Positions 12,896 to 23,685 of a DNA stretch of 38,491 nt are shown one piece after another. The position numbers and the translations under genes are program-made. This DNA comes from Histomonas meleagridis 2922-C6/04-290x. Its lineage: Eukaryota; Protista; Parabasalia. How positions within the stretch are numbered: the stretch's first letter is position 1; each line of letters starts with the position of its first letter. Under the pieces are notes generated by a model that was not told the origin of the DNA, ran no database searches, and worked only from the letters and a program-made list of their open reading frames with translations. Where the stretch lies: assembly GCA_020184695.1 (NCBI GenBank), contig JAANOX010000274.1:1-38491 (forward strand), read 5' to 3'.

Positions 12896-13579
12896 TTAAT
12901 TTGCACATTCGCTGTTTGATTCATCGATCAAAAGTTTCGCTCCATATTTGTACAATTCTGGAGAAAGGGATAGAAGTTGTCTGATCTTATCTTTCGGGAA
13001 TCTGAGTTTTTTCAGTATATCTGATGGCGAAAGGAATATCAATGGCATTTTGGACCGAATTTCAAGTTCGCTATGATTAAATGTATGAGTTAACGCAGCT
13101 TGATTAGAATCTCTTATGCCAATGATAATGGTGGGAAAATGTATGGCATTCGGCGGTGGAGTACGATTGAAGTTACGTTGAATTAATAACTTATAATATG
13201 TTAATAAGCGAATTTTCTCTGATAAAGTTTTTTCCTTTTCTTCTAGATCTTTTTCACCAGGCGGCATGTTGGGAGCTATTGGAATTGGTGTTGGAATATA
13301 TGGATTGTTACCATTCCAAATAATTTGTTTTCCAACTTTATCTATTAAACGTGCAGCTGATAATACATTAATAACATCGTAAATTCTTCGGCGAATTGTG
13401 TCTTGCCCTTTTAAATTTGGCTCTGTACCCATAAAACGATTGATAAGAACAGTTGCTATATCTTCTGATGTTGATTTTTTAAGTTCTTGTATAACTTCCA
13501 AAGTTTGTGGTGAAAGAGCCTTCAGTGAAAGTCGTTGTGTGTTTGATTGCGTTCCGCCTTTTTGGTTCGTTTGGATCAT
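12896..13579 (-). CDS. E2F/DP-family transcription factor, DP-like
   Basis: DEF-box TIRRRIYDVINVL in a winged-helix domain plus DP-type KLLIQRN...AIHFPTIII; start at 13579 (alternative ATG at 13678). Confidence 0.8.
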   Translation of the reverse strand: MIQTNQKGGTQSNTQRLSLKALSPQTLEVIQELKKSTSEDIATVLINRFMGTEPNLKGQDTIRRRIYDVINVLSAARLIDKVGKQIIWNGNNPYIPTPIPIAPNMPPGEKDLEEKEKTLSEKIRLLTYYKLLIQRNFNRTPPPNAIHFPTIIIGIRDSNQAALTHTFNHSELEIRSKMPLIFLSPSDILKKLRFPKDKIRQLLSLSPELYKYGAKLLIDESNSECAN

Positions 13580-13780
13580 TTTTAGCTTCAAACACAATTC
13601 CACTTTTTTAAAAACAGTGAAAACTATATTCAGTACTTTACAGAGCGGTTTCTCAGGTTCTTTGGTGTGAATACTCATTAAACAAATTTTATTGTTTAAA
13701 CAATACACGACAAAACGAAAGCAAAATCGTTTCAGTAGCATAATTGGCATTATGAATATTTTGGAGTATTGAAGAAATAA

Positions 13781-13800
13781 AATTTGGGGCACCCCAAATT
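13781..13800. promoter_or_regulatory. GC-core palindrome AATTTGGGG-CA-CCCCAAATT upstream of the DP gene
   Basis: Perfect 9-bp arms; the GGGGCACCCC core recurs at 25741-25750. Confidence 0.35.
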
Positions 13801-13827
13801 CTTTTTGACAAATAAACGGTCGTTTAA

Positions 13828-14601
13828 TTATTTCTTTGAAGTGTGTTCGGCTTTGGACAAAACTTCAAGCATCATGCCGCAAAGAAGGGCGAGGTTACTT
13901 TGCTCTTCTGTTGCAATAGCTTCCTTGTTTTCATTTGGATCCTTGTGAGAGAACCACTGGGAAATTGTTGAGCATTCACGAACTATAACAGGATCAAACG
14001 GTGCTTCTTTGTTTAAAACTTTGATAAGATATCTTTGGATCTCTGCTAAGTTAGTATCTAAGGCTTTGAAGGCATCTGCTGTGAATTCAATTTGGGATTC
14101 AGCATCACCTTCTGCTTGTAACTGCATCATAGCAATACGTTCACCAAGTTCAGATTCATAGTTATAGTCAACGGGAATACTTTTGTTACCTTCAATAAGG
14201 AAAACATTGATCATTTGTTCATTTTCTTTGTTGAAATTAATTCGAAGTAAACATTCCATATTATCAGCATCGCTAATGATAGATTGGAGTTTGTCAATTT
14301 CATCTTGTGGGTAATCTTGACTTACAAACCATCCTATAGGTGTTTCAAATGGAAAAACCTTATTTCTAACTTTGTACATTGTATTGTAAACTTCCTTATC
14401 AAGTTCTAACTTTCCGTCCTCTTTGACGTTTATCTTTATTTCAAATGCACTATTAACTTCGATTTTGCCTGAATCATATGATCCAAGAAGAATTCCGCAT
14501 GCATATTTAATAGGAGGATTCATGAAGGGAATACGGTTTGCGTGATCAGATATAACAAACATTGCATGTGGATGAAGGGATACAGTTATGTTGTTGTTCA
14601 T
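13828..14601 (-). CDS. CSN6: MPN-minus domain protein, COP9 signalosome subunit 6-like
   Basis: VSLHPHAMFVISDH, GILLG, IEVNSAFEI, GWF and ESELGERIAM match the CSN6/Rpn8/eIF3f MPN family, closest in pattern to CSN6; no JAMM motif. Confidence 0.7.
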   Translation of the reverse strand: MNNNITVSLHPHAMFVISDHANRIPFMNPPIKYACGILLGSYDSGKIEVNSAFEIKINVKEDGKLELDKEVYNTMYKVRNKVFPFETPIGWFVSQDYPQDEIDKLQSIISDADNMECLLRINFNKENEQMINVFLIEGNKSIPVDYNYESELGERIAMMQLQAEGDAESQIEFTADAFKALDTNLAEIQRYLIKVLNKEAPFDPVIVRECSTISQWFSHKDPNENKEAIATEEQSNLALLCGMMLEVLSKAEHTSKK

Positions 14602-14625
14602 TTCCAGCTGGAAAATATGACATAA

Positions 14626-14633
14626 AAAGTGAC
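14626..14633 (-). promoter_or_regulatory. Inr-like core promoter motif GTCACTTT
   Basis: 25 nt upstream of the CSN6 ATG; matches the trichomonad initiator TCAYTW. Confidence 0.4.
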
Positions 14634-14748
14634 ATCACTAAATGCCAAAACTACTGACATGCTAAATGAAATTATATTCAAACCAAATCCAACGATAGAA
14701 TAAAATGAATAAAAAATCATCGTATTTATATTTAAAAACTGAAATGAC

Positions 14749-16458
14749 TATCAAGGAAATAAGCATTTGTTAAAATATTCAATAGCTTAAAATCTGAATG
14801 AAAAAAAAAAAAATTTTCTCAGATGAAAAGACTTGTAAAATTAGAGAAAAATACTATCATTTATTAAGTCCTTTATTTATAAAACTATTTGATATCTTGA
14901 AAAAATGTTTCGGATTAACTTCTTCTTCAAACCTCAAAAATATCTTGAATGGTGGGCATATTATCCCGGTGAATGTCTTACCGAAAACCAGTTACCACTG
15001 TTAAATAGATAATTGACAATTTCTGTTTATCTTATCAATTGTATCAGATTTTTCTGTTGCCTTGCTTTAGATGATCATGCATCATCACCAGCCACAAAGA
15101 TTGTTCTTTCGCTTCTTTTCCTTATTATTTTCTGCCGATTTCATTTGAAATTTCATATTTTGTTTTTTGTGATGTACAGCCTAGGGGTAATAGAAGAATT
15201 CTCGCGGCTGTAATGACTTATCTAAAATCAATCATGAGTTAAACAACAAACTGGTTAAAAAACTTTTTTAAAATTTACTTCAAAACCGCTGATAACGATC
15301 AAGATGTATTCAACCCCCAAAATATTTTGTCAAAATTTTATTGTTTTTGCCATCAAATGTCATTTAAAAAGTTTTATTTTTTTTTGAATTTTTTTTGTGA
15401 GATATTTAATCGTTTATTTTTCAATTGGCTAAGAATGGCAAAATTTAAACCAGATTTTATAATGGCTCGCAACATGAAAATCTCAATTGTAGGTGAAACT
15501 GGTGTTGGTAAATCTGCAATTGTAAACCGTTTTGTTTATGGTGTCTTCAATCAAAATTTACCCCAAAATGAAGGTGGCGCTTTTTTCACCAAACAAATGA
15601 ACATTGATGGACAAATAGTTAATATGGCGATATGGGATACAGCAGGACAAGAACAATTCAGGACACTTGCACCAATGTATTATACAGATGCTCAAGCTGT
15701 TATAATTGTTTTTAGCGTTGGAAATCCTAACCCATCAGTCAACACAAGCAAATCTTCTTTTGAAGCTATAGACTTCTGGTACAATCAAATTAGAGATCAT
15801 AACAATGAGGCACTTATAATTTTATGTGGAAGTATGGATGACTTAGAACAACGTGAAATCACGTTTAACGAAGGAGAACTAAAAGCAAAGACACTTCCAG
15901 ACTTTGTTGACTACTTTGAAACAAGTTCTCTGAACGGTGATGGAATTGAAGCAATGTTTCAGTCTATCGCAGAGAAATGTGTTGCCTCATGCACATCAGA
16001 CCCAAAAACTATAAAACTGTGTAGAAGTTATGATGTTAACAGCGATCCAGCTGCATATAAAAACGTCCAGGGCTGCCGTTGTTGATATGTGCTTACCAAG
16101 CCGTTTGTTTTTTGTAAGTAAAACCGTTAATTTTTGTGATAAAACCTTTTCAAATTTCCCCTTAAGACGATTATTTTTGACTCAAAAACAAAATGTTTTG
16201 GCACTTTTGAATGAATGTAGTAAAATTACTTCTTGCATCACAAATAGCAATATCAATGTTATTTATTTGTTTCGTGGTTCCAATTGATTGAGAGATGAAA
16301 AAGACGAAATGTGATGTAAAATAGCTGAAATGGAGTATAATAAGCACAGAAATTAAATTATATATAAATCGATTTTTCAGTGAGATACGATCACAACCTC
16401 AGGGGTAGGTTGGAATGCAATTGAATAGTTTACATCGAAATTGAATGATTTTTGAGGA
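14749..16458 (+). repeat. Segmental duplication copy 1 (about 1.7 kb, carries the Rab gene)
   Basis: Near-identical to the reverse complement of 31458-33133, including the non-coding flanks. Confidence 0.95.
15435..16085 (+). CDS. Atypical Rab GTPase (Rab5/21/22-like)
   Basis: G1 GETGVGKS, G3 WDTAGQE, LAPMYY, G5 ETSS, C-terminal CRC prenylation motif; G2 and G4 are aberrant. Confidence 0.9.
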   Translation: MAKFKPDFIMARNMKISIVGETGVGKSAIVNRFVYGVFNQNLPQNEGGAFFTKQMNIDGQIVNMAIWDTAGQEQFRTLAPMYYTDAQAVIIVFSVGNPNPSVNTSKSSFEAIDFWYNQIRDHNNEALIILCGSMDDLEQREITFNEGELKAKTLPDFVDYFETSSLNGDGIEAMFQSIAEKCVASCTSDPKTIKLCRSYDVNSDPAAYKNVQGCRC

Positions 16459-16681
16459 TTTCAGGGTGTCCCATTCAAAAGGAACCACAATATGTATAGC
16501 TTTCATGTTCTGATGCTCCTTAATCATAAAATTTTTAATAAAAATTTTTCGAACTGTACAGGAAATATTCTTTTGAGTACAGGTGTACATTTCAATAAAA
16601 AGGCCTTGTTTTCAAAGAAAATGTCAAGAAAAGTGTCTTACATGACACAGTTGGCATTTTTTTTCATTCGTCATTTTCCGT

Positions 16682-18355
16682 ATGCGTAAGAAACAAAACA
16701 ATGACGTTTTAATGCTTGGCATTGATCTTGGCACGACATTTAGCTCTATTGGCATGTATAGAAATGGCAGTTTTGATGTATTTAAAGATAATTGGCTAAA
16801 TGATTCAATACCCTCAGTTGTAGCTTTCACCAAGGATGAAATACTTGTTGGCGAAACCGCTATTCAGAGCATGTTAACTTCTCCTCAAATGCTTGATTGT
16901 GTTTATGATTCTAAGCGTATGATTGGACGAACTTATAATAAAATCTCAAAAATCCGGGAATCAAGCCAAATGCAGCCATACAAAGTTATTAATGTTAATG
17001 GATATCCTAAGTACCAAGTTAATTATCAAAATGAATATTATTCACCTGAAGAAATATCCTCCATAATCTTAAAAGAATTAATGAGCATTGCCAAAGGTCC
17101 TTTATCCAACAAAAAAGTCACTGGTGTTGTCATTGCTGTTCCAGCCGATTTTGACGAGCATCAACGTGAAGCCACTAAAATGGCAGGCAAACTTGCAGGC
17201 CTTAATGTCGTCAAAATTCTTGATGAACCCGTTGCCGCAGCCATTTCGTATGGCATTCATGAGAAATATTCTTCTCCCAAGAATATATTAGTATTTGATT
17301 TTGGCGGCGGAACTTTAGACGTATCTATTTTAAGAGTCCACCAAAATGAATTTGATGTTTTGGCCTCTGAAGGCGATCAAAACTTAGGTGGCCAAGACAT
17401 TGATTATAATCTCATGAAATATGTTGTCAAAAAATTCAAGAAAAGATATGGTTATGATCCACTAACAAGTCCATGCATAAAACTGCAATTCAAAAGAGCA
17501 TGTGAGAAAGCCAAAATTATTCTTTCGAAATTATTAGAAACGACAATCAATCCACAGGTTGTCGGAAAGCCCGAATTTTGTTGCAAAATCGCTCGCACAA
17601 AGTTTGAAGAAATCAAATATGAAATATTTGACCAAATTTTAACACCTGTCAAAAAAGTGATTCAATCATCGAATCTTCAAAAGTCGGAAATTGATGACAT
17701 TATATTAATTGGGGGCACATCAAACATACCCGCAGTGCAAGACAAGCTGAATCATTTCTTTGGCAAAAATCCAATTGTTGGTATTGATCTCACATTAGCA
17801 GTTGTTCAAGGCGCATCAATTAAGGCGACTGATATCTCGCAGGAAGGGGGTGGAATCATCAAATATCACCCAGTTATGCCACATGACATTGGCGTCGAGG
17901 AGAACAACTGTAAGATGAATGTTCTGATCAAAAAGAACACAAAACTTCCGGCTAATAATTCAAGGGTTTATTCACCGATAAGTCCGCAACAAAGAAGGGT
18001 AACAATTAAAGTGTTTATGGGCGATGATATTTTGACTGCTAATAATGTATTACTAGGAGAAATTAAAATTAATTTTAATGAAAGTAACCCGGATATCGCT
18101 GTGAAGTTCGAAGTTAATGAAGAAGGAATGTTAAATGTAACTGCTGGAGAAACTTCGAAAGGAAATATTAAGTATATGAAAGTTGACAACGTAATGCTTT
18201 ATAGGGAAAATAAAGTTCATAACGATAAAGTAAATACAAAGAGAAATGTCAGAAAACTTATAATGGATTTCGTAACAGGGAAATCGGATTTTGTTGTGTA
18301 CTTCTGTACAATGGCAGTTCTGATTTTGGGATTCATTATTAGTTTGTTGTTTTGA
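16682..18355 (+). CDS. Atypical Hsp70-family protein with C-terminal transmembrane helix
   Basis: GIDLGTT, DEPVAAA, DFGGGTLD, LGGQDID and IGGTSNIP; SBD-beta-like region; no lid or EEVD; ends in FVVYFCTMAVLILGFIISLLF. Confidence 0.85.
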   Translation: MRKKQNNDVLMLGIDLGTTFSSIGMYRNGSFDVFKDNWLNDSIPSVVAFTKDEILVGETAIQSMLTSPQMLDCVYDSKRMIGRTYNKISKIRESSQMQPYKVINVNGYPKYQVNYQNEYYSPEEISSIILKELMSIAKGPLSNKKVTGVVIAVPADFDEHQREATKMAGKLAGLNVVKILDEPVAAAISYGIHEKYSSPKNILVFDFGGGTLDVSILRVHQNEFDVLASEGDQNLGGQDIDYNLMKYVVKKFKKRYGYDPLTSPCIKLQFKRACEKAKIILSKLLETTINPQVVGKPEFCCKIARTKFEEIKYEIFDQILTPVKKVIQSSNLQKSEIDDIILIGGTSNIPAVQDKLNHFFGKNPIVGIDLTLAVVQGASIKATDISQEGGGIIKYHPVMPHDIGVEENNCKMNVLIKKNTKLPANNSRVYSPISPQQRRVTIKVFMGDDILTANNVLLGEIKINFNESNPDIAVKFEVNEEGMLNVTAGETSKGNIKYMKVDNVMLYRENKVHNDKVNTKRNVRKLIMDFVTGKSDFVVYFCTMAVLILGFIISLLF

Positions 18356-19242
18356 CCCGATAAATAAATAAATAAAAATGTTTTAAATGTCTGTCGTTAA
18401 TGAATGAAATGAATGTCTTCCATTAGTTGACTTAAATGAGATAATTCATATGGATATAACTAATTCACTCATCTCAAGGTTTAATGAATGTTGGAAAAGT
18501 TTCATTTCAAAACATTAAGCTTAAAACAAAGAATTTTGGTTACACATGTATGAAAAAGATATATTATATATTTTTGAACTATATTTTTATTATGTATCGA
18601 TTCTAAATGCTTTCACAGAGGTACCATAATAAATATAATTTTGTAATTTATTTAAAAAAATAATTGAAATCGCAAATTAATTGATTTTTTCGAAATTTTC
18701 CAATATTGATATATTTTTATTATAATTGAATATTTTTATACATTTATTATTAAATAATAGTAAAGTTAAAATGGAATTGTTTTTATATAAAATTTTGCAC
18801 CATGTTTAATTTTTTTCATATGATATTATTTCGATACGTTACAAAAACTTCCACAATGGTATTATAAAATTGAAGTGCCATTATATAAAATATAATCAAT
18901 ATTTCGTATTTATATAGGATCGAAATTATTATACAAATAATAATGTTCATTCAATTTGAAAACATATACTAGATAATTTTGACAAAAAACAATTATATTT
19001 TCAACAAAAATGAACAAAATATTGTGGCAACATATTTCTTTGTGATATTGCAGTTTTTGAGTTGACTTTTTGTCGATCAATAAATATTCAAAATCAAAAA
19101 ATAAAAATATCCAAAAAATATATGAATGAATTCACCTAAGAACATATGGTATAGGGTTTTATTTCTATGTTCATTAATATTTTCGAGTTATATAAAAATC
19201 CCATTATGGAATTTTTCGCTAACATCAAGAATATGTACTTAT

Positions 19243-19645
19243 ACAAAAAATATTTAATTGATTATAAATTATTAAAACATATTATAAATTATTAAAACAT
19301 ATTAGAATTTATTAAAACATATTAGAATTTATTCAAATGAAGAGTTTTTGCATTAAAATCATTCCTTTATCCAAAAGTAATTTTACTATTTCGATATTAT
19401 TATTTCTAACTGATATATGAAGTGATGTTTCAAATGATTATAACATATTATAAATTATTATAACATATTCCAAATTATTAAAATATATTCCAAATTATTC
19501 AAATGAATATTTTTTGCATTAACATCAATTCTTTTTTTTTTTCTAAAACATGTTACACAAGTTCAATATTTTCTGATTCTAAAGCAAATAATAAAATATT
19601 TTTTGGAATTTGATTCTTTCGAAGGAAACATTTAACGAGATATAA
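19243..19645 (-). pseudogene. DUF3447-ankyrin locus D, 3' remnant with spacers
   Basis: YLVKCFLRKNQIPKNILLFALESENIELV*HVLE...IDVNAKN aligns to locus B; 80-nt spacer at 19429-19508, module TSLHISVRNNNIEIVKLLLDKG, second spacer of about 100 nt at 19243-19342. Confidence 0.75.
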
Positions 19646-19652
19646 ATTTATA

Positions 19653-20468
19653 TTTCACTCACCACCAAATTACAATTCAATTTATTATTACAATGTAATC
19701 ACTTTATGTTTCACTCACCACCAAATTCCAATTCAATTTGTTACTACAATGTAATCACTTTATGTTTCACTCACCACCAAATTCCAATTCAATTTGTTAC
19801 TACAATGTAATCACTTTATGTTTCACTCACCACCAAATTACAATTCAATTTGTTACTACAATGTAATCACTTTATGTTTCACTCACCACCAAATTACAAT
19901 TCAATTTGTTACTACAATGTAATCACTTTATATTTCACTCACCACCAAATTCCAATTCAATTTATTATTACAATGTAATCACTTTATGTTTCACTCACCA
20001 CCAAATTCCAATTCAATTTGTTACTACAATGTAATCACTTTATGTTTCACTCACCACCAAATTACAATTCAATTTATTATTACAATGTAATCACTTTATG
20101 TTTCACTCACCACCAAATTCCAATTCAATTTATTATTACAATGTAATCACTTTATGTTTCACTCACCACCAAATTCCAATTCAATTTGTTACTACAATGT
20201 AATCACTTTATGTTTCACTCACCACCAAATTCCAATTCAATTTGTTACTACAATGTAATCACTTTATGTTTCACTCACCACCAAATTACAATTCAATTTA
20301 TTATTACAATGTAATCACTTTATGTTTCACTCACCACCAAATTACAATTCAATTTATTATTACAATGTAATCACTTTATGTTTCACTCACCACCAAATTA
20401 CAATTCAATTTGTTACTACAATGTAATCACTTTATATTTCACTCACCACCAAATTCCAATTCAATTTA
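19653..20468. repeat. 56-bp minisatellite, about 14.6 copies
   Basis: Unit TTTCACTCACCACCAAATT(A/C)CAATTCAATTT(A/G)TTA(T/C)TACAATGTAATCACTTTAT(G/A); unit starts at 19653, 19709, 19765 ... 20437. Confidence 0.97.
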
Positions 20469-20484
20469 TAATTACTTTTTTACT

Positions 20485-23018
20485 TCACCAACTTTCGCTA
20501 TCGTCAGACACTTCATCTGGTTCGTCGCTCGTTGATATCTTCGGTGCCATTGCCACAATGTCGTCTATGCTCAACGGCTTATTGACTATTTCCTCTTCTC
20601 TTTGTACGTTCTTTGCTGCTGCCAACTTCTCCTGCTGCTGCCTCCTGAACATCGGCAACACTTCGGAGTACTTTCTTGTGTTTGGCGGCTGGAAGTCGAT
20701 CATTGGATACTTTTCATTTTGTTTCTTCAACCAGTCGCTAATTTCCATCAATGGCTTCGACGTGTCTCTAATCGGCGGGTATATCATATCCTGGAAGTAT
20801 TCGTTGTGCGATCTGAGCACGTGCCACTTTACGATGTGCATTGACTCTGTCGACAATTTCATCATACGGCTTACTTCGCATTTCATGACGTCGCATTGTT
20901 TCCTTGGCAGCAAACAGAGCCCTCGTTCTGGCGCAGATGTTTCGTATACGCCGGATGACGCGATGACTCGGTCGTCGTGACACAATTCGACATAACGAAT
21001 GTGTCCATCGCCTTTTCCGCCTAAGTATATCAGACCGGAGCCTTCTTCGTACATAGGTAACATATGGCCGGACGAAGTGTCCAACTCAATGCTCTTCAAT
21101 GGCTTCTCCATGTTCTTCACGTCCCATATTAAGATTTGGCGTTCGCCTCGTCGACTACTTCCAAACGTCGCTAAGTATTCGAAGTCCGGAATGTATAAAA
21201 GACGGCGATGTCGGCCGCCGTTTGGATTCGCTAATGTCTCGAAGACTTTTGGTGATTCATCACGTGGATCGAACCATATTAATTTACCATCTCTATATAT
21301 GGAATATATCATTGATGAGAAGTCATTCATTACCGCATCTTGAAGTCCTGTTGGACATAACTTATTGAAGTCACGAATTCGCTTTTCAGTGTTTATATCC
21401 CATAAATATATTTCCGTTTGTGGTGTTGCGGTCATTATTAAGTTGTTTGTGCATTCACTGAATTTGGCAATCGATATCTTACGATTATGATTGAAGGATG
21501 TGATTGGCTCTGTGATTGGCGTTAAGAATTCTTCGCTCTTTGGTATGTTCCATAGTTTAACTTTGTTATCTTCGCCACCACTCATTAATAGTTGTGGTTT
21601 ATGTGGACTAAATGTCATTGTACTAACACCAGAGCTATGTGGATCAATGATTGTCGACTTACAATTAGATGGGAAACGTTGTGGTTTGTATAATGGTAAG
21701 ATATGAATTGGTGGTGTTGAACCATCGCCAACAAATGCAAACTGTGTTCCGTTTGTAATGATTTCATTAAATTCGGGATTCGGTGCTTGTTTAACTGGTA
21801 ATGAGATGTAATATGTACTTGGTGGTTCTGCAACGCCACGTAAATATTTGTAATATGTTTGCGGACCTAAGTCAACTGGCTTCTCTTCTTCGACTGGTTT
21901 AGCTTCTTCTTTGGGAGTTGGTATAAGTTCTTCATGTTTTAAGGTTCCATTTGTACCTTGTAACCAAGATTCAGGTGTAAGATCTGATTCCATAACTGGG
22001 AATGGTGGGAATCGTGCTGGTCCATTTGCTACATCAAATTGGACTCGTGCAATTGTATTGTTGGTAAGGAATAATGATAATGTCATTACTGTTGTGCCAT
22101 CTGGATTTGGTTTCTCATATAATGGTAATGCATTATAAATTGCAATGTCATGCGTATAGATACATAAGTCATTTAATGTGTTTCCATCAAGTAAATACAC
22201 TTTGCTCTCTCGACATGCACAGGCAATAATAACGCCGCTGAAATGTGATGTGACACTGAGTGAAGTTCCTCCAACAGCAACTTGGCGCTTGGCTTTTTCG
22301 GCAAGATTCTCGTCGTAGATACGAAGTTCTTGTTTACCACTTGCGGAATATGATAGAAGAACACGACGACCTGAAAGTGAATGAAGGAATCCAACTCCAC
22401 GTGTTGGTGATGCTTTGATTTCATGTAGCTCTTTGTTGCCTCGAACATCCCACACTTTGATGGTCATGTCAATATAAAGAGCAAAAATAAGTGCGCCATC
22501 ATCTGACCATGCAATGGAATTTAATGGACGTGAATGAACAAGATCAGCAAGTGGCTTGGAAAGAGATTTGTCAAAGAGTTGAATGTGACCACTCCTTAAA
22601 CCAACAGCAATAAGATTCTTTGCAAATGGATGGAATGAGGCACATTTGACTTCTTCTTTTGTGTCGAATTGTGAGAATGGTTTGGTGGCATCACCTTTAA
22701 GACCCTTCTCTGGAATATTCCAAAATGAAAGAATACCAGCTGATGTACCAACAAAAAAAGTGTTGTTGGTTCAAAATGGACTTAAAGCAACAGCTGTGAC
22801 TTTTTTTGGCCAGGTGGTTTAACACGTGGTTGTTTAAGACCGAATTTGGTTGGGTTGTCGTTACGTACAACTATCACTGGTTGACCTTGATTTCTGATTT
22901 CTGAACCTGGAAATGCACAAAATGTTTTATTGATAGTAAACAGAAAATTATCTTTAAGAATATCAACTTCGTTGATTTGACGGGATGGTACAACGGAACC
23001 TTTTAGGTTTGCGTACAT
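20485..23018 (-). CDS. Tandem coronin (coronin-7/POD-1-like) with homopolymer frameshifts near the 5' end
   Basis: Two coronin units (MYANLKG..., YYKYLRG...), GKGDGHIRYVE and FQDMIYPP motifs, C-terminal acidic tail ending DDSESW; ORFs 22782-23018 and 20485-22467 join if the runs at 22753-22759, 22773-22776 and 22801-22807 are adjusted. Confidence 0.85.
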
Positions 23019-23047
23019 TTATAATGTGTAGAAATATCCGATTCAAA

Positions 23048-23068
23048 TTTACCCTTTTAAAGGGTAAA
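23048..23068. promoter_or_regulatory. Palindrome TTTACCCTTT-T-AAAGGGTAAA upstream of coronin
   Basis: Perfect 10-bp arms 30 nt upstream of the ATG at 23018. Confidence 0.3.
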
Positions 23069-23685
23069 AGGGGACAACTAAAACGTGTCAAATACTCAAA
23101 AGTTGTACGTTAAAACGGTTTTATTATATCTTATTTAATTTGTTGAACGATAAGGATTATTCGAATATAAAAAATTGTTCATAAAAAGGTTAATTAAAAC
23201 ATGTTTATCTTTAAAGATAAAAAGTTGTGATAACTTTAATGAATATTTCAACAGAATTTCTAAAAATTATTTAAAACATAACTCTTAAATAATGATTAAA
23301 AGAATTTTAAGTGGGTTTTCATAGCAATAATTATTTTCTTCTTTTTCATTTTTGATTAATTGTTATTGATTCTTAATTCACCATTGAAATGTCCATCTAT
23401 GAAATCCAAATATTATAATGCTAAATAAATTATGCCTTTGATTAAAAAGATTTCAAAATTTGCATTGATTGCTTTAATATATTATGAATGAAGTAAGATT
23501 AAAATGTAATTTTTATTTAAAAAACATACTTTTGTATGAAATAACATGAAGAGCAACCGATTTATCCATTCATACAGATTTGATTTGAATCATGGAATAA
23601 TTAAAATAATTATTTTAATAAATATCTGATTAAATTCAAAAATTTTATTATTGTTTTTCTTGATTCTTTTATATTTAGTAAGGAG

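Noticed and set aside
15013-15213. 66-aa ORF identical in both duplicate copies (also 14798-15004 and 16030-16287)
   Set aside because: The identity is explained by the recent duplication; the ORFs start with non-ATG codons or overlap real genes and have no recognisable motif.
19653-20468. CRISPR-like array
   Set aside because: The units are contiguous and near-identical with no unique spacers, there are no cas genes, and the context is eukaryotic.
20378-22448. Multiple overlapping short ORFs inside coronin
   Set aside because: These are shadow ORFs favoured by the higher GC content.
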